From a virus (Duplodnaviria > Caudoviricetes), in IMG/VR virus record IMGVR_UViG_3300028048_000042: a DNA stretch of 64,000 nt; one strand, 5' to 3'. Each line of letters begins with the position of its first letter. The first letter of the stretch is position 1. Shown here in pieces: positions 49,161-59,938 of the stretch. The notes under the pieces are model-generated. The model was not told the origin of the DNA and made no database searches. It saw nothing but the letters and a program-made list of their open reading frames with translations. The position numbers were made by a program, and so were the translations under genes.

Positions 49161-49793
49161 ATGATTATTTATTCTTGCATTGATAAAAATGAATATGAAG
49201 TATTAATGAATAAAGGCATTTTAGAATGTGACCCTACGCTTGCAAGAATGCCCTCTGAGAGCGTTGAATTTGCCATTGCATATAAGTATATGGCTGACAA
49301 GTTACAAGCACGTTACAGGTCAAATCTGAGCTTCCCACGATGGGGATGGTACAAGTATGAAGGTAAATCTGTCGCAGAGCAACCTGACGTATTTTTTGCC
49401 AATGCTCCGTATACGAAATCATATCTTTTAAAGCTTGATATAAAAGAATGCTTATTGAGTGATTTCGATGCATGGCATTGTTGTTTAAATCTATGTCCAT
49501 TGTGTTATTCTGAGGAAGAATGGCAAGAATACTGTTATTATTTGGATATAGCCCATCTAAAACATTGGGAAGTGTTTTTCAAAGACAATATATATACGTA
49601 TGTTTTAAGGGATAAAGTAATCAAAACATGGAATAGAATTTTCGATATATATAAGGAAAATGATTATGCCTTATATAGTAATGATTACAAATCCATTCAG
49701 GCGGTATTTTGGACTATATATAAGAAAGATGTTTTAGATGTACGTGAAATCATGGTAGATGATATAACGTACTATCAGTATCACAGTTTCTAA
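49161..49793 (+). CDS. DUF3841-like protein
   Basis: FPRWGWY, LLSDFDAWHCCLN, W.RIFD, IQAVFW motifs. Confidence 0.7.
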   Translation: MIIYSCIDKNEYEVLMNKGILECDPTLARMPSESVEFAIAYKYMADKLQARYRSNLSFPRWGWYKYEGKSVAEQPDVFFANAPYTKSYLLKLDIKECLLSDFDAWHCCLNLCPLCYSEEEWQEYCYYLDIAHLKHWEVFFKDNIYTYVLRDKVIKTWNRIFDIYKENDYALYSNDYKSIQAVFWTIYKKDVLDVREIMVDDITYYQYHSF

Positions 49794-49944
49794 AAAACTA
49801 GAATATCGGCAATTTTTGAGTTTTTTTGCCGATATTCTAGTTTTTATATACATTAAATCGCAGGTCGTAAAAAAGATAAATAATACTTGATAGAGATTGT
49901 AGTGTATGATATAATGTAATTGTTTTGAAAGGAGGTAATCAATC

Positions 49945-50508
49945 ATGAAAGATATTACTGACGTTTTTTCTGAAGTAATTGACAAGTACATTGATTTTTA
50001 CATGACGAAAGAAGAATTTAATCGTGCTTGGGAAAAAGTCACGAAAGAAATGTCACGTAGATACAAAAAACGTGGCAAAGAACTTTGCGAATCGAAAGAA
50101 GAAATTGAATATACAATTAAATGGTTTGATATTGGTAAAACCAAAAGAGAAGTAGAATTGGAAAAAGAGGTAGAAAATCTTAAAAGTAAGCTAGAAGAAT
50201 ATGAAAACGAAATGGTTTATTTAAATACCAAAATTAAAAATCTTAAATTCAAAGAAAAAGAATATAAAAAAGAAATCAAGAATTTTTCCAATATGGACAA
50301 GAGATTGACCAAAGTAGAATATTCTATTAACAGAAAAAATGATGAAGAAATTGAAAAATGTGCAAGAGAAAATCGTAGATTCAGAGAATATGAAGAATAT
50401 GCCAATAGTTACGAAGGTAGAAAAGAATGGAGCGATTATGTAGATTCTTGTTTTAGAAGAGATGCAGAAATCAGAAGAGAAGAAGAAAAACTCGAAAGAT
50501 TATTTTAA
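49945..50508 (+). CDS. coiled-coil hypothetical protein
   Basis: GGAGGT RBS; promoter TTGATA-17-TATAAT at 49887-49915. Confidence 0.7.
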   Translation: MKDITDVFSEVIDKYIDFYMTKEEFNRAWEKVTKEMSRRYKKRGKELCESKEEIEYTIKWFDIGKTKREVELEKEVENLKSKLEEYENEMVYLNTKIKNLKFKEKEYKKEIKNFSNMDKRLTKVEYSINRKNDEEIEKCARENRRFREYEEYANSYEGRKEWSDYVDSCFRRDAEIRREEEKLERLF

Positions 50509-50523
50509 AGGGAGGAATTACTA

Positions 50524-50766
50524 ATGAAAATGTTTTGGATTGGAATGAATAGCTATTTGAAGGAAGACCTTGTAAAATGTGTGAGTGATTATAACCTGAA
50601 GGAAAATCGGCGCAAAGTAAAAACATTACAGGAGCAATACATGGTCAGTGATTATAGCAATGGAAAAAAGAAGGAGAGTGTAGTCTATCTGACGAACGGA
50701 GAAGCATACATTACATCTATTCCTGTAAACGAATTACTGAAGGGGAATGATAATGAAATCAAATAA
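50524..50766 (+). CDS. RemA/DUF370-like protein
   Basis: 80 aa; IG.N.....V......RR.......V.D.S.GKK..SVV....G....TSI pattern parallels RemA. Confidence 0.55.
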   Translation: MKMFWIGMNSYLKEDLVKCVSDYNLKENRRKVKTLQEQYMVSDYSNGKKKESVVYLTNGEAYITSIPVNELLKGNDNEIK

Positions 50767-50847
50767 AGATGTAGTTATTCCATAGTTGGTTAGTGCATTG
50801 TAATTATATATGTAGAAAAAGAGGGTGGTTGAAATCACTCTCTTTTT

Positions 50848-50862
50848 TATTATCTTTTTAGA
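50848..50862 (+). promoter_or_regulatory. candidate late promoter TATT-N7-TAGA, after terminator 50816-50848
   Basis: TATTatcttttTAGA. Confidence 0.5.
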
Positions 50863-50883
50863 AATAAAAGTGAGGTGAATTTT

Positions 50884-53574
50884 GTGGCTTCTATAAATGA
50901 AACTAACGAATACTCTCCAAGTATTACGAAAGTAGATGCAAACAATGATGTACCTAATCAGCAATTAGCGAATCGTACATTATATTTAAAAACCACATTA
51001 GAAAGTCTGCAATCATTTTTAAATACATATCGTACAAAGAACGATACAAATTATGCAGATTTGAAAAATAACGTAGATAAATTAACCCAAACCTTGAAAG
51101 AAATGAATGAAACTGCCAAGGCGATGGATGAAAAAACAATCATTTCAAATTTGAATATGATTAATAAATCTTTGGATGAACTCAAAACAAATTTGGTAAA
51201 TCACACGCACAATTATGCAGGTTCTATCAAAGCAGGTGGGGATGCGAACTCCGTAGATGTCAAACCTGATATTATTTCAAACCTGTGTGCTGTTGGTGTA
51301 ACGGAAGCGATTCCAAACAAATTACGAGTAAACAACAAGATTACATTTGAGAATGATACAATTTCAGCCAAAACATTCAACGGTGATTTAACAGGTATTG
51401 CAGCAAAGGCTATAAATCTTTCCAACAATCCAACTATTACATTAACAGGTGATGTTGTAGGCTCTGTTAAATTCGAAGGTGACAAAGATGTAGTAATTAA
51501 TACGTCCTTAAAAGAACAATCTGTATCAGCAGGTGAATACGGTGCTATTGGTAACTACACATTAGGCAATGAAGGTTCATTTACTGTACCTGATATTACG
51601 GTAAATGGTTTAGGATTGATTACAAAAATTCGTAACAGAACGATTTCGTTGCCAAAAAATTTAGGAATTAATGGTATTACAAGTTCTTTACCTACTGATA
51701 AAAAAATCTATATTTTAGGTACATCTGAACAAGCAGAAAAATCTGCCACTTATACGCAAAATGATGTATTTATTCGAGACAGGCACATTTATAGTAACGG
51801 AAATGAAGTAGTTAATGTAAAAGATTTCCAAAATCTCAAAAACAAAACGTATGAAGGATATGAATTAAATGATGCTTGTGCTAGGGGCGTAGATGAAACT
51901 ATTGGCGGTTCGAAAGATGATGCTCGATTAATTACAAGTAATGCATTATATAGACATAAACATCAGTATGCTCTATCAGATTCAACAGATGGTCGTGCTT
52001 TGTATGTAAAAGTAACAGAAGATAACAAAAACATTGGTTATTTAGTTACAAATAATTATAAGAAGGATAATGGGGATAAATCTAGCAGTATTTTAACAAA
52101 AAATACAAATGTATACGTACAGGGTAAAGAATTACATGTACCTGACATGTATGCAAAAGATAATATGTATATACCTGGTGGTAAAATTTGGATTGATTCA
52201 ATCGAAGTACCTGTGGAAGAAGATGCATGGATAGGCAACACACCTATTACTGAAGATACTTCAGAAATTCCAAAAAAATCCACAGAAGTAGTATTGAATC
52301 CAAGTTTCCAAGGTGCAGGTGTTAATAATCCTGTATCAGGCACAGGCACAAGCCCCATTGTATTAGGCCCTCCTTTGTCAGGATTGTCTATAACAGGCGG
52401 TACACTACCTGATGGTAGTACAACCACCCCTTATACAATCTCGAAGGTTACAGGCGGTGTGAAGAATCCTGACGGCACGATTACTGCTACCAAAGATAAC
52501 CCTGTAACAATTACTATTATGCGTGACGGAAAACCGTATACAATTATTGCTACCTCAGGTACATTTGACCCTAAAAAAATTATTGCAGGCTCTACAGAAG
52601 TTACGTATTCTTCAGGCGGTAATAGCGGTGGTGGCATTACAGCTACGAGCGATAAACCAATTAAATTAGGGCCTCCTTTAAACGGTATGACAATTACAAG
52701 TGGTACATTACCAAATGATGACCCTAACAAACCATATACAATTTCTGAAGTAACAGGTGGTGTAGATAATGGTGACGGTACAGTAACAGCTACCGCAGAC
52801 AAACCTGTTGTTATTACATTTATTCAGGATGGAAAACCATATACAGTTGTTGCTACTTCAGGTACTTACAATAAGGCTGATGTTGGTAGCGGTGTAAAAG
52901 CAGATGAAAAAACACCTATTGTTATGGGTTCACCCTTGAATGAAATGACATTCTCAGGTGGTACATTGCCTGATGGCAATACATCAACACCATATACGAT
53001 TTCAGGCTATACAGGTGGAGTTAAAAATGCAGATGGTACAATTACAGCTACTCCTTCAAATCCTGTAACAATTACTATCATTCGTGATGGAAAGCCATAT
53101 ACGATTGTTTCTACTTCAGGAACTTTTGACCCTAAAAAAATTATTACAGGTTCTACTACAATTAATTACGTAACAGGTGGTTCACAAGATTCAGCCACAG
53201 TTAAGTATAATTCAGGCGGTAGCAAAACAGGTAATTCAGGTTCAGGTAGTTCTACTGTTAAAATCACAGCAGGAATGCTTTTGGTGTATAAGCGTAATGG
53301 TTATGTGCCTGCTGATAATCGCAGCATTGATGATTGTGACAATATTGCATTAACAGACTCTGATGGTTTAAGTAGCACAATTAAAATCATGTATACAGGT
53401 CGTTATGATTTGGGTAGCACAGCACATGATGGAGATAATTGTTATGTAGGTCAAAATGGTCACATTGATTACGCTCCACCTACAAGCAAAGGCACAATTG
53501 TTAAAAAGATTGGTTATGTAGAAGGTAGTTTCCTTGTATTCTATCCATCCGAACTTTGTTACATAAATAAGTAA
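50884..53574 (+). CDS. tail fibre protein
   Basis: QQLANRTLYLK tail-fibre N-terminal motif, HTHNYAGS motif, TLTGDVVGS, ITVNGLGLIT; three Gly/Thr/Pro-rich repeats; GTG start after GAGGTG. Confidence 0.8.
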   Translation: MASINETNEYSPSITKVDANNDVPNQQLANRTLYLKTTLESLQSFLNTYRTKNDTNYADLKNNVDKLTQTLKEMNETAKAMDEKTIISNLNMINKSLDELKTNLVNHTHNYAGSIKAGGDANSVDVKPDIISNLCAVGVTEAIPNKLRVNNKITFENDTISAKTFNGDLTGIAAKAINLSNNPTITLTGDVVGSVKFEGDKDVVINTSLKEQSVSAGEYGAIGNYTLGNEGSFTVPDITVNGLGLITKIRNRTISLPKNLGINGITSSLPTDKKIYILGTSEQAEKSATYTQNDVFIRDRHIYSNGNEVVNVKDFQNLKNKTYEGYELNDACARGVDETIGGSKDDARLITSNALYRHKHQYALSDSTDGRALYVKVTEDNKNIGYLVTNNYKKDNGDKSSSILTKNTNVYVQGKELHVPDMYAKDNMYIPGGKIWIDSIEVPVEEDAWIGNTPITEDTSEIPKKSTEVVLNPSFQGAGVNNPVSGTGTSPIVLGPPLSGLSITGGTLPDGSTTTPYTISKVTGGVKNPDGTITATKDNPVTITIMRDGKPYTIIATSGTFDPKKIIAGSTEVTYSSGGNSGGGITATSDKPIKLGPPLNGMTITSGTLPNDDPNKPYTISEVTGGVDNGDGTVTATADKPVVITFIQDGKPYTVVATSGTYNKADVGSGVKADEKTPIVMGSPLNEMTFSGGTLPDGNTSTPYTISGYTGGVKNADGTITATPSNPVTITIIRDGKPYTIVSTSGTFDPKKIITGSTTINYVTGGSQDSATVKYNSGGSKTGNSGSGSSTVKITAGMLLVYKRNGYVPADNRSIDDCDNIALTDSDGLSSTIKIMYTGRYDLGSTAHDGDNCYVGQNGHIDYAPPTSKGTIVKKIGYVEGSFLVFYPSELCYINK
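52354..53151 (+). repeat. three intragenic repeats of about 85-100 aa in the tail fibre
   Basis: PI.LG.PL....GGTLP.....PYTIS.VTGGV.N.DGT.TAT...PV.IT...DGKPYT...TSGT at about 52354, 52657 and 52915. Confidence 0.85.
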
Positions 53575-53809
53575 TCCTTTTTATTAAACTACCATATACA
53601 AACAAAAAAAACTATATATAGAATAATAAGAAAACAGGAAGATGAATCTATGGGATATAATTCTCACAGACCGTTCTTCCTGTTTTTATTTATATTACCA
53701 TTTATTTATATTACCATTTACATGCAAAACTATATTTCCATAAAACTATATTTCCATAAAGCTATATAGTACCGCAGAATTAATTATCTATATATATTTT
53801 AAAAAACTA

Positions 53810-53838
53810 TTGACAAAAATCAAAAAAAGATTTACTAT
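53810..53838 (+). promoter_or_regulatory. sigma-A-like promoter
   Basis: TTGACA-17-TACTAT. Confidence 0.65.
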
Positions 53839-53858
53839 ATATATAGGAGGAAAAAGAA

Positions 53859-54878
53859 ATGAACGACAAACAAGCATTAGAAAAAGTAATTAAAGAGCAG
53901 GGCAGTAGTGTACTAAGCGAAGAAGGAAATGTATATACGAATTATGAAGGTAGTATATATAAAAGCAGCCTTAAATGGCGTAGAAAAGAAGTAAATTATA
54001 TAGGGGAGGTATATAAAGGGGAATTATTTATCGAATGGAGTTTTAGGGATGAATTTTATAAAACAGACGAAAAAGTAAAATTCATTAATGGCATTAGTGA
54101 GGAAGTATTTCGTAATATATATATAGCGATAATTAGGGAACTAAATAAGGAAGTCAAAATTACGAGTGGGATAATGATTGAACCAAAATACCGCAATTAT
54201 GCAGAAACAAATTTATCTCACATAATATATAACCGAATCAAATATGGAGAATATTTTACAAAAAGATATAAGAAATATGCAATTGAAGTTCAAGAAGCAA
54301 TAGGAAAAAGTTTAAGTAATACAGAAATTATTCAACTATATATAGATAAGAATTATGAAGAATTTGCCAAAAACATGAGTAGTAGATTTTCTTTCAAAAC
54401 TGTCGAGCAGAATAGGGCAATACAGAAAGTAATTCAGGAAAAGAATATAGAACGACATATGGATGAATTTGTACGGATATATAAATATCACGAAGCGTTA
54501 ATGAAATTAGATATGTTTTCTTCAATAAGCGTACAATACAAAGTAAGTGGAGCGATTGATATAATTGATTCCATTATAAAAGAAAGTGTTATCAATCGGT
54601 TAAAAGGTAAATGTAACAATGATACCATTGAGTATTTCAAAGAATGGAAAAATCAAATCAGAAAAGATGGATATTGTGAGATTGAGTTCAAAGTATATGA
54701 TTTACACTTAGAGGAGGATTCAATAGGCATTTTATCAAAAGCAATTTGTCAAAAATTCTTTACACTTCAAAGTTGTAATATATACTTTAAAGCAGTTAGA
54801 TATTTTGAAGACATGAGCAATGTTATTTCCATTGAACATTTGGGAGAAGATATAGTAATAAAGGATATGTTCAATTAA
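53859..54878 (+). CDS. hypothetical protein, LEKV/IGEVYKG family member 1
   Basis: LEKVIKE.GSS...GSIYK...IGEVYKGEL. Confidence 0.78.
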   Translation: MNDKQALEKVIKEQGSSVLSEEGNVYTNYEGSIYKSSLKWRRKEVNYIGEVYKGELFIEWSFRDEFYKTDEKVKFINGISEEVFRNIYIAIIRELNKEVKITSGIMIEPKYRNYAETNLSHIIYNRIKYGEYFTKRYKKYAIEVQEAIGKSLSNTEIIQLYIDKNYEEFAKNMSSRFSFKTVEQNRAIQKVIQEKNIERHMDEFVRIYKYHEALMKLDMFSSISVQYKVSGAIDIIDSIIKESVINRLKGKCNNDTIEYFKEWKNQIRKDGYCEIEFKVYDLHLEEDSIGILSKAICQKFFTLQSCNIYFKAVRYFEDMSNVISIEHLGEDIVIKDMFN

Positions 54879-54879
54879 T

Positions 54880-55660
54880 CTTGACGGCAGGTTTTATATC
54901 TGCCGTTTTATTTATATTACCATCTACATGCAAAAATAACTTTTTTATATATAGGAATTTCCATTTCATTAAACTACTATATATAAACAAAAAAACTATA
55001 TATAGATAAACCATAAGCAGAGTTATCTATATAAAACTGTTACGTATAAATAGAATTTTATAGTTTACCTAATCCATTTATTAAGAATACATATTACATA
55101 CAAAAACCAATGTAATACTAAGAATCCATTTTATTGAAAGCTATATATAGGTATTTCATTTTCATTAAGTATTCACTTACTTTTCATTCTTCTATATATA
55201 CTATCATCTATATATAGGATTCTGATAGAATTCTTTTTAGGAATATAGTTGTTCATTCATGTCACATATAAAGCTATGTTTCCCAAAAACTATATATATA
55301 GATATTTTACATTTTCGAAGGAGTAATTGGAATATATCTGCCATTTAAGAAGTTCCATTTTGTAGATATATATAGGGATAGTTTTTCATATATACAGTTT
55401 TCTATATATAGATATTTTGTTTCCCCCACAGAATTGTATATCTGATAAATTTTTATATAGGTACGTTTTTGTTCTTTCTATATATATGGCAAATTTATAT
55501 TACAACTATAAATTAGTCACCCCTCCCAAAAATTTTTTAAATTTTTTTTGACACCAAAAATTTTATTTTTTTATATTTTTTTCCACGTTCAAAAAAATTA
55601 AGAAAATAAAAATTTTAAAATTTTTGCTTTTTTTATATTTTTTTGTGATGATAATTTTTT
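54880..55660. other. long non-coding region rich in CTATATATAG palindromes; candidate replication origin
   Basis: about 12 CTATATA/TATATAG sites and T-rich tracts; plus strand looks G-rich to the right. Confidence 0.45.
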
Positions 55661-55668
55661 AAAAAATG

Positions 55669-55697
55669 TTGACAAGTAAAATAAAAAGTGGTAATAT
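55669..55697 (+). promoter_or_regulatory. sigma-A-like promoter
   Basis: TTGACA-17-TAATAT with TG. Confidence 0.65.
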
Positions 55698-55722
55698 ATA
55701 AGAAAAAGGAGAGATGATAAAT

Positions 55723-55887
55723 ATGAAAAGCAAATGTAAAGAATGCATGTATGATGCGCCATACAAATGGTGTTGTAAAGAAGTATGTGGGGAAATTGAA
55801 TTTTGCAGAGATTGTGAAGCAAAGTGTAGGGGAACAATTAAGATGTGTTTGAAAGAAGGTAACGGAAGTGCTAGAAAAAGTAATTAA
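55723..55887 (+). CDS. small Cys-rich protein (54 aa, 9 Cys; not in the ORF track)
   Basis: AAGGAG RBS; MKSKCKEC...WCCKEVC...FCRDCEAKC...MC. Confidence 0.55.
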   Translation: MKSKCKECMYDAPYKWCCKEVCGEIEFCRDCEAKCRGTIKMCLKEGNGSARKSN

Positions 55888-56860
55888 GGAAGAAGGAAGT
55901 AGTCAGGTAGGAGAAAACGGAATAATATATGCGAATGATGGAGGGAGCATATATAAGGTCAATTTAAGGACGAAGAGTGTAATCAATATAGGGGAAGTAT
56001 ATAAGGGAGAATTATATTTAAAAAAGAATACATCGAAGGAATATAGTGGCAAGAGCATAACAATCAATAATATAGAGGATGAAGTATATCAAGAACTGTA
56101 TTTGAGCATGGTAAGGTATGCGAATGAATATTATAAAAGGCGAGATACAGTAGAATATATGGGAGTAGATTCATATCAAGGAGATATTCTTTACAACTAT
56201 TTAAGGTATGGTGAATTTTTCATAAAAGGGTCAAACGATTTCAAATCACAAGTATCAATAACATTAATGGAGAAATTAAGTAATAGGCAGATAGTAGAGT
56301 TATACAAAGACAAGAATTATGAAGAATTCTGCAAAAGTGATAAAGTAAAAGATGTAATAATTAAATCTTTGTTGGAACAATATACTATAATGAAGAAGGT
56401 AAAAGAGTGGAAAGTAGAAGAAAACTTGGCAGAGTATAAGAGACAGTATAAGTATGTACGAATATTGGAAGGTAAGAATATAAAGCAGAATGATACATTG
56501 GAGATTGAATACGATACAGAAAAAATCACGCCCATTTTAAATGAAATCATCAAACGACATACGTTATATCGGTTAACGAACAAGAATATCAATTTCAATA
56601 TTGAAGCCATACAAAACATGAAGGAGAAAGGTTTAACGTTTTATGCTCATAAATCTAATTTAAGGTTAGGGAATATAGGAGATACAGTATTATACTCTGT
56701 AAGCGTGATGAATATTGCAGGAGATATAGCAAAAGCGTTTAATACAAATATTGAAGAATTTGGTGATGAAGATTTTTCAACAAAAGTTGTGATGGAATTT
56801 AGCAATTTTAAGAACGTAGCATCAATCAAGTATAAAGGAAAAGACTTGTTAGAAATGTAA
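55868..56860 (+). CDS. hypothetical protein, LEKV/IGEVYKG family member 2
   Basis: shared motifs with 53859 and 56876. Confidence 0.78.
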   Translation: MLEKVIKEEGSSQVGENGIIYANDGGSIYKVNLRTKSVINIGEVYKGELYLKKNTSKEYSGKSITINNIEDEVYQELYLSMVRYANEYYKRRDTVEYMGVDSYQGDILYNYLRYGEFFIKGSNDFKSQVSITLMEKLSNRQIVELYKDKNYEEFCKSDKVKDVIIKSLLEQYTIMKKVKEWKVEENLAEYKRQYKYVRILEGKNIKQNDTLEIEYDTEKITPILNEIIKRHTLYRLTNKNINFNIEAIQNMKEKGLTFYAHKSNLRLGNIGDTVLYSVSVMNIAGDIAKAFNTNIEEFGDEDFSTKVVMEFSNFKNVASIKYKGKDLLEM

Positions 56861-56875
56861 TATTGGGGAAGAAAA

Positions 56876-57904
56876 ATGGAAAATTGGAAATTTTTAGAAA
56901 AAGTATTAAATGGCAAGCGAGTCAAGATGACAGATGATGGAATTATATATGCGAATCACAATGGTAGTATATATAAAACAGCATTGGAATTAGGGCAAGT
57001 AAGATATATAGGGGAAGTATATAAAGGGAACGTTTATTTAACTGAGGAAGCGAAAGAAAAAGAGCACATTGAATGTAATTTTATAAAAGATATACGTGAG
57101 GAAACATATATAAGGTTATTTTTTACTATTGTGAAGTATATCAATAGCAAAAAATGGGACAGGGATGAATTTGCGATAGAATATGTAAAAAATCATATAG
57201 GCAAAGCGATTTACAATTATTTTGAATATGGAGAATTTTTCATTTTAAATGATAGAAAAAATCGAGAAGATGTATGTGATGAAAGCTTTCGCAATATATT
57301 TTTCAAAATGACAGGCAAGGAATTAGATGCGAAGGAACTTATTCGACTGTATCATGACAACAGTTATAATAAATTCATCAAAGAGCATGAGAGTTCACTT
57401 GTCAATGCATTTGCGATACAAAAATTTGTAATACCAACGGTTAAAGAACTAGGTATAGAAAAAAATATTGAAGAATATGAACGGCAGTACAAATATGCGA
57501 AGAAGCTGTTAGAAGTGAATCTATATGAGCCTATAATTGTTAGGTATGATGCAAACAAGACAGGAGAACTTTTGGATAAAGTTATAAAAGAATGGACAGT
57601 ATGTAGGATAAGGGGAGATGAATTGTGTTCTAAATTCAATATACAGCATATAAAATATTGGAAGGAAAGTTTTTTAAAAAGCGGATTTTGTGGAGGTAGT
57701 TGTGCACGAATCATTGTAGCGAATAAAATGGTAGGGAAATCGCTAAAAGGTTTGGCGAATGAATTATTTGGAAAAAGGTCAAGAACACCAATAGCATTAT
57801 TAGGAAATAAAGAATTAGAAAAGGAAGTAATGGATTATTTTAGTGATATGAAGAATATGATTAGTATTTGTAATGAACTAAAAGAAGACATTTTAAATTT
57901 ATGA
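56876..57904 (+). CDS. hypothetical protein, LEKV/IGEVYKG family member 3
   Basis: shared motifs incl. IYN...YGEFF and EY.RQYKY. Confidence 0.78.
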   Translation: MENWKFLEKVLNGKRVKMTDDGIIYANHNGSIYKTALELGQVRYIGEVYKGNVYLTEEAKEKEHIECNFIKDIREETYIRLFFTIVKYINSKKWDRDEFAIEYVKNHIGKAIYNYFEYGEFFILNDRKNREDVCDESFRNIFFKMTGKELDAKELIRLYHDNSYNKFIKEHESSLVNAFAIQKFVIPTVKELGIEKNIEEYERQYKYAKKLLEVNLYEPIIVRYDANKTGELLDKVIKEWTVCRIRGDELCSKFNIQHIKYWKESFLKSGFCGGSCARIIVANKMVGKSLKGLANELFGKRSRTPIALLGNKELEKEVMDYFSDMKNMISICNELKEDILNL

Positions 57905-57968
57905 GGTCAAAAATTTTGACCTCATTTTTTTTATAGTGAGGGAAAGAATAGCAAAAGGAGGAAGAATG

Positions 57969-57983
57969 TATTAGATGAATAGA
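57969..57983 (+). promoter_or_regulatory. candidate late promoter TATT-N7-TAGA, after terminator 57901-57932
   Basis: TATTagatgaaTAGA. Confidence 0.5.
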
Positions 57984-57996
57984 GGTGGTGATTTAG

Positions 57997-58923
57997 ATGA
58001 AGTATGTAAATGCAGGCTTCCCACAGCTATTTGAATACCAAAGTATGAATAATGTAGTAATTGGGCAAGACAAGAATAACGAATTAAGTACCACAGGGTA
58101 CTTTTTACATATAAGTAAGAATGACAGTGATGTATTCTACAAGATGGTAGATAAAACGAAAGAATTTTGGATAATGTTTGATTTAATTTTCAAGCAAGAC
58201 GAAAATTCCGTCACGAAAGTAGACCAATGGGTAGAAGTATTTAATTTTTATAATGACAGCGACCCAAACAAAAATTTAAAATTCTGTTATAGGCAATTAA
58301 AAAATGAAGTATATGAAGTAGGAATTTTAACGAATGGGAATGCATTGTTAGGTAATACAGTAGAAGTATATCGAAATGAGATTAATACTTATGAGATTCA
58401 TGTAATGAGAAATATTATTACCAATGTGGAATTATACATCAATAATAAATTGAAACAAACGGTGTTAGATACTACAATTGGCAATGATTTTATCAATCGT
58501 ATCAATTTCTATTGTAATTACGTAGATGACGTAGATACTTGTTTAAGTCATGTAATTTATAATGACAAAGCAAGAATTGGCAATGAACGAATCAAAATGT
58601 TAAAAACAGATGTAGTCAATCGTTTGATTGCGAATGGTAGCAGTGGAAATTTTGAAATCACAGAAATTCTAAATAAGAATACGTATCGAGACATAACAGG
58701 TTTTGGAGTTGTCACGAATGTAGAAAATGCAGATGATGCAAAAACTGAAGTGGGCGAATATCTAAACGAAACAAAAATAAATACGTTTGATGTAGATAGT
58801 AATAAAACGAAATATACACAATCCTATATGGACAAAGACCCACGAACAAACGCTGCATTTAAGAGTGAAGACATAACAGGCAGGAAAATTATAGTAGAAA
58901 CAAAGAGTTTGGGGGGAGAATAA
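57997..58923 (+). CDS. putative virion beta-sandwich (ConA/LamG-like) protein
   Basis: YVNAGF start; TYEIHV..VELYINN; paralogue of the next gene. Confidence 0.55.
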   Translation: MKYVNAGFPQLFEYQSMNNVVIGQDKNNELSTTGYFLHISKNDSDVFYKMVDKTKEFWIMFDLIFKQDENSVTKVDQWVEVFNFYNDSDPNKNLKFCYRQLKNEVYEVGILTNGNALLGNTVEVYRNEINTYEIHVMRNIITNVELYINNKLKQTVLDTTIGNDFINRINFYCNYVDDVDTCLSHVIYNDKARIGNERIKMLKTDVVNRLIANGSSGNFEITEILNKNTYRDITGFGVVTNVENADDAKTEVGEYLNETKINTFDVDSNKTKYTQSYMDKDPRTNAAFKSEDITGRKIIVETKSLGGE

Positions 58924-59925
58924 GTGATTTATTATGCGAACGCAGGTTTCTATCAATTCTTAAAAAACATGACGAGTGAAAAAAAGAATAGTACAGAACA
59001 CACAATTACAGGTACAAGTATTGTAATGAGTCGTGGTGCTAAATATTTGGTAGAAAGCGATATTAAAAAGAATAATTTGTACTTCAAATTTGACATTTGT
59101 CAAGAAACGGATTATGAAAAAATTGGAGTTAATTCTGTAGATAATAACAATCCAATTATGCGAATTGGTACAAATAATGATGAATATCCATATATTTTAA
59201 TGACATTAAGAAATAAGGTTTTGTTTATTGAACGAGAAGACAAAACAGGTTATAAGACGGAAATTATCAAAGTAGACCATATGGAACAATATGCAAATGA
59301 ACCTGTAACGTATGAATTGCATATTAGTACCGAAAATGTATTTGATGTTTTTGAATTATGGATAAATAATTTATTGGTCGGAGTTAAAAAAGATGTAAAT
59401 TATTTAGATGATAGTTTACTTATGACAATGGAATTATCGCATGGTATGCCAAGTAGCATTGCAGTTGGTCAGGAAGGGTACAACTATATAAGTTATGTAT
59501 CGAACATTATGATTGGTGACGAGCGATTAAGCAATAAGAAATGCATGGTGTTGCCGACAAAAGTAGTAAGCAGTGATTGGAAAGTAGAAGATGGATTGTA
59601 TGTATCTACAGATAAAGGTCAAGAATTAACGTTACAAGTAGATGTAGATGAATTAAATAAGATTAATCCATTATACGCAAATACAAAAATTGATTGTATC
59701 ATGTGTGGTAGTGATGTAGCATATAGTGAAGGTTATAACAGCAAAATTAATTATGCAGTAAATGGTACATCGTTTGATGAAAAAACATTATCCAATAAGA
59801 ATTATCAGGGCGTTAAAACGAAATTGTTAAGTAAGAATCCTAGCATTAATGATTATTGGCATATAGAAGATTTACGTACAGCGAAATTCACAATGACGAG
59901 TGATACTAGACTATCTGATGAATAA
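58924..59925 (+). CDS. putative virion beta-sandwich protein (paralogue of 57997)
   Basis: YANAGF start; TYELHI..FELWINN. Confidence 0.55.
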   Translation: MIYYANAGFYQFLKNMTSEKKNSTEHTITGTSIVMSRGAKYLVESDIKKNNLYFKFDICQETDYEKIGVNSVDNNNPIMRIGTNNDEYPYILMTLRNKVLFIEREDKTGYKTEIIKVDHMEQYANEPVTYELHISTENVFDVFELWINNLLVGVKKDVNYLDDSLLMTMELSHGMPSSIAVGQEGYNYISYVSNIMIGDERLSNKKCMVLPTKVVSSDWKVEDGLYVSTDKGQELTLQVDVDELNKINPLYANTKIDCIMCGSDVAYSEGYNSKINYAVNGTSFDEKTLSNKNYQGVKTKLLSKNPSINDYWHIEDLRTAKFTMTSDTRLSDE

Positions 59926-59938
59926 AGGGAATGGTTGA

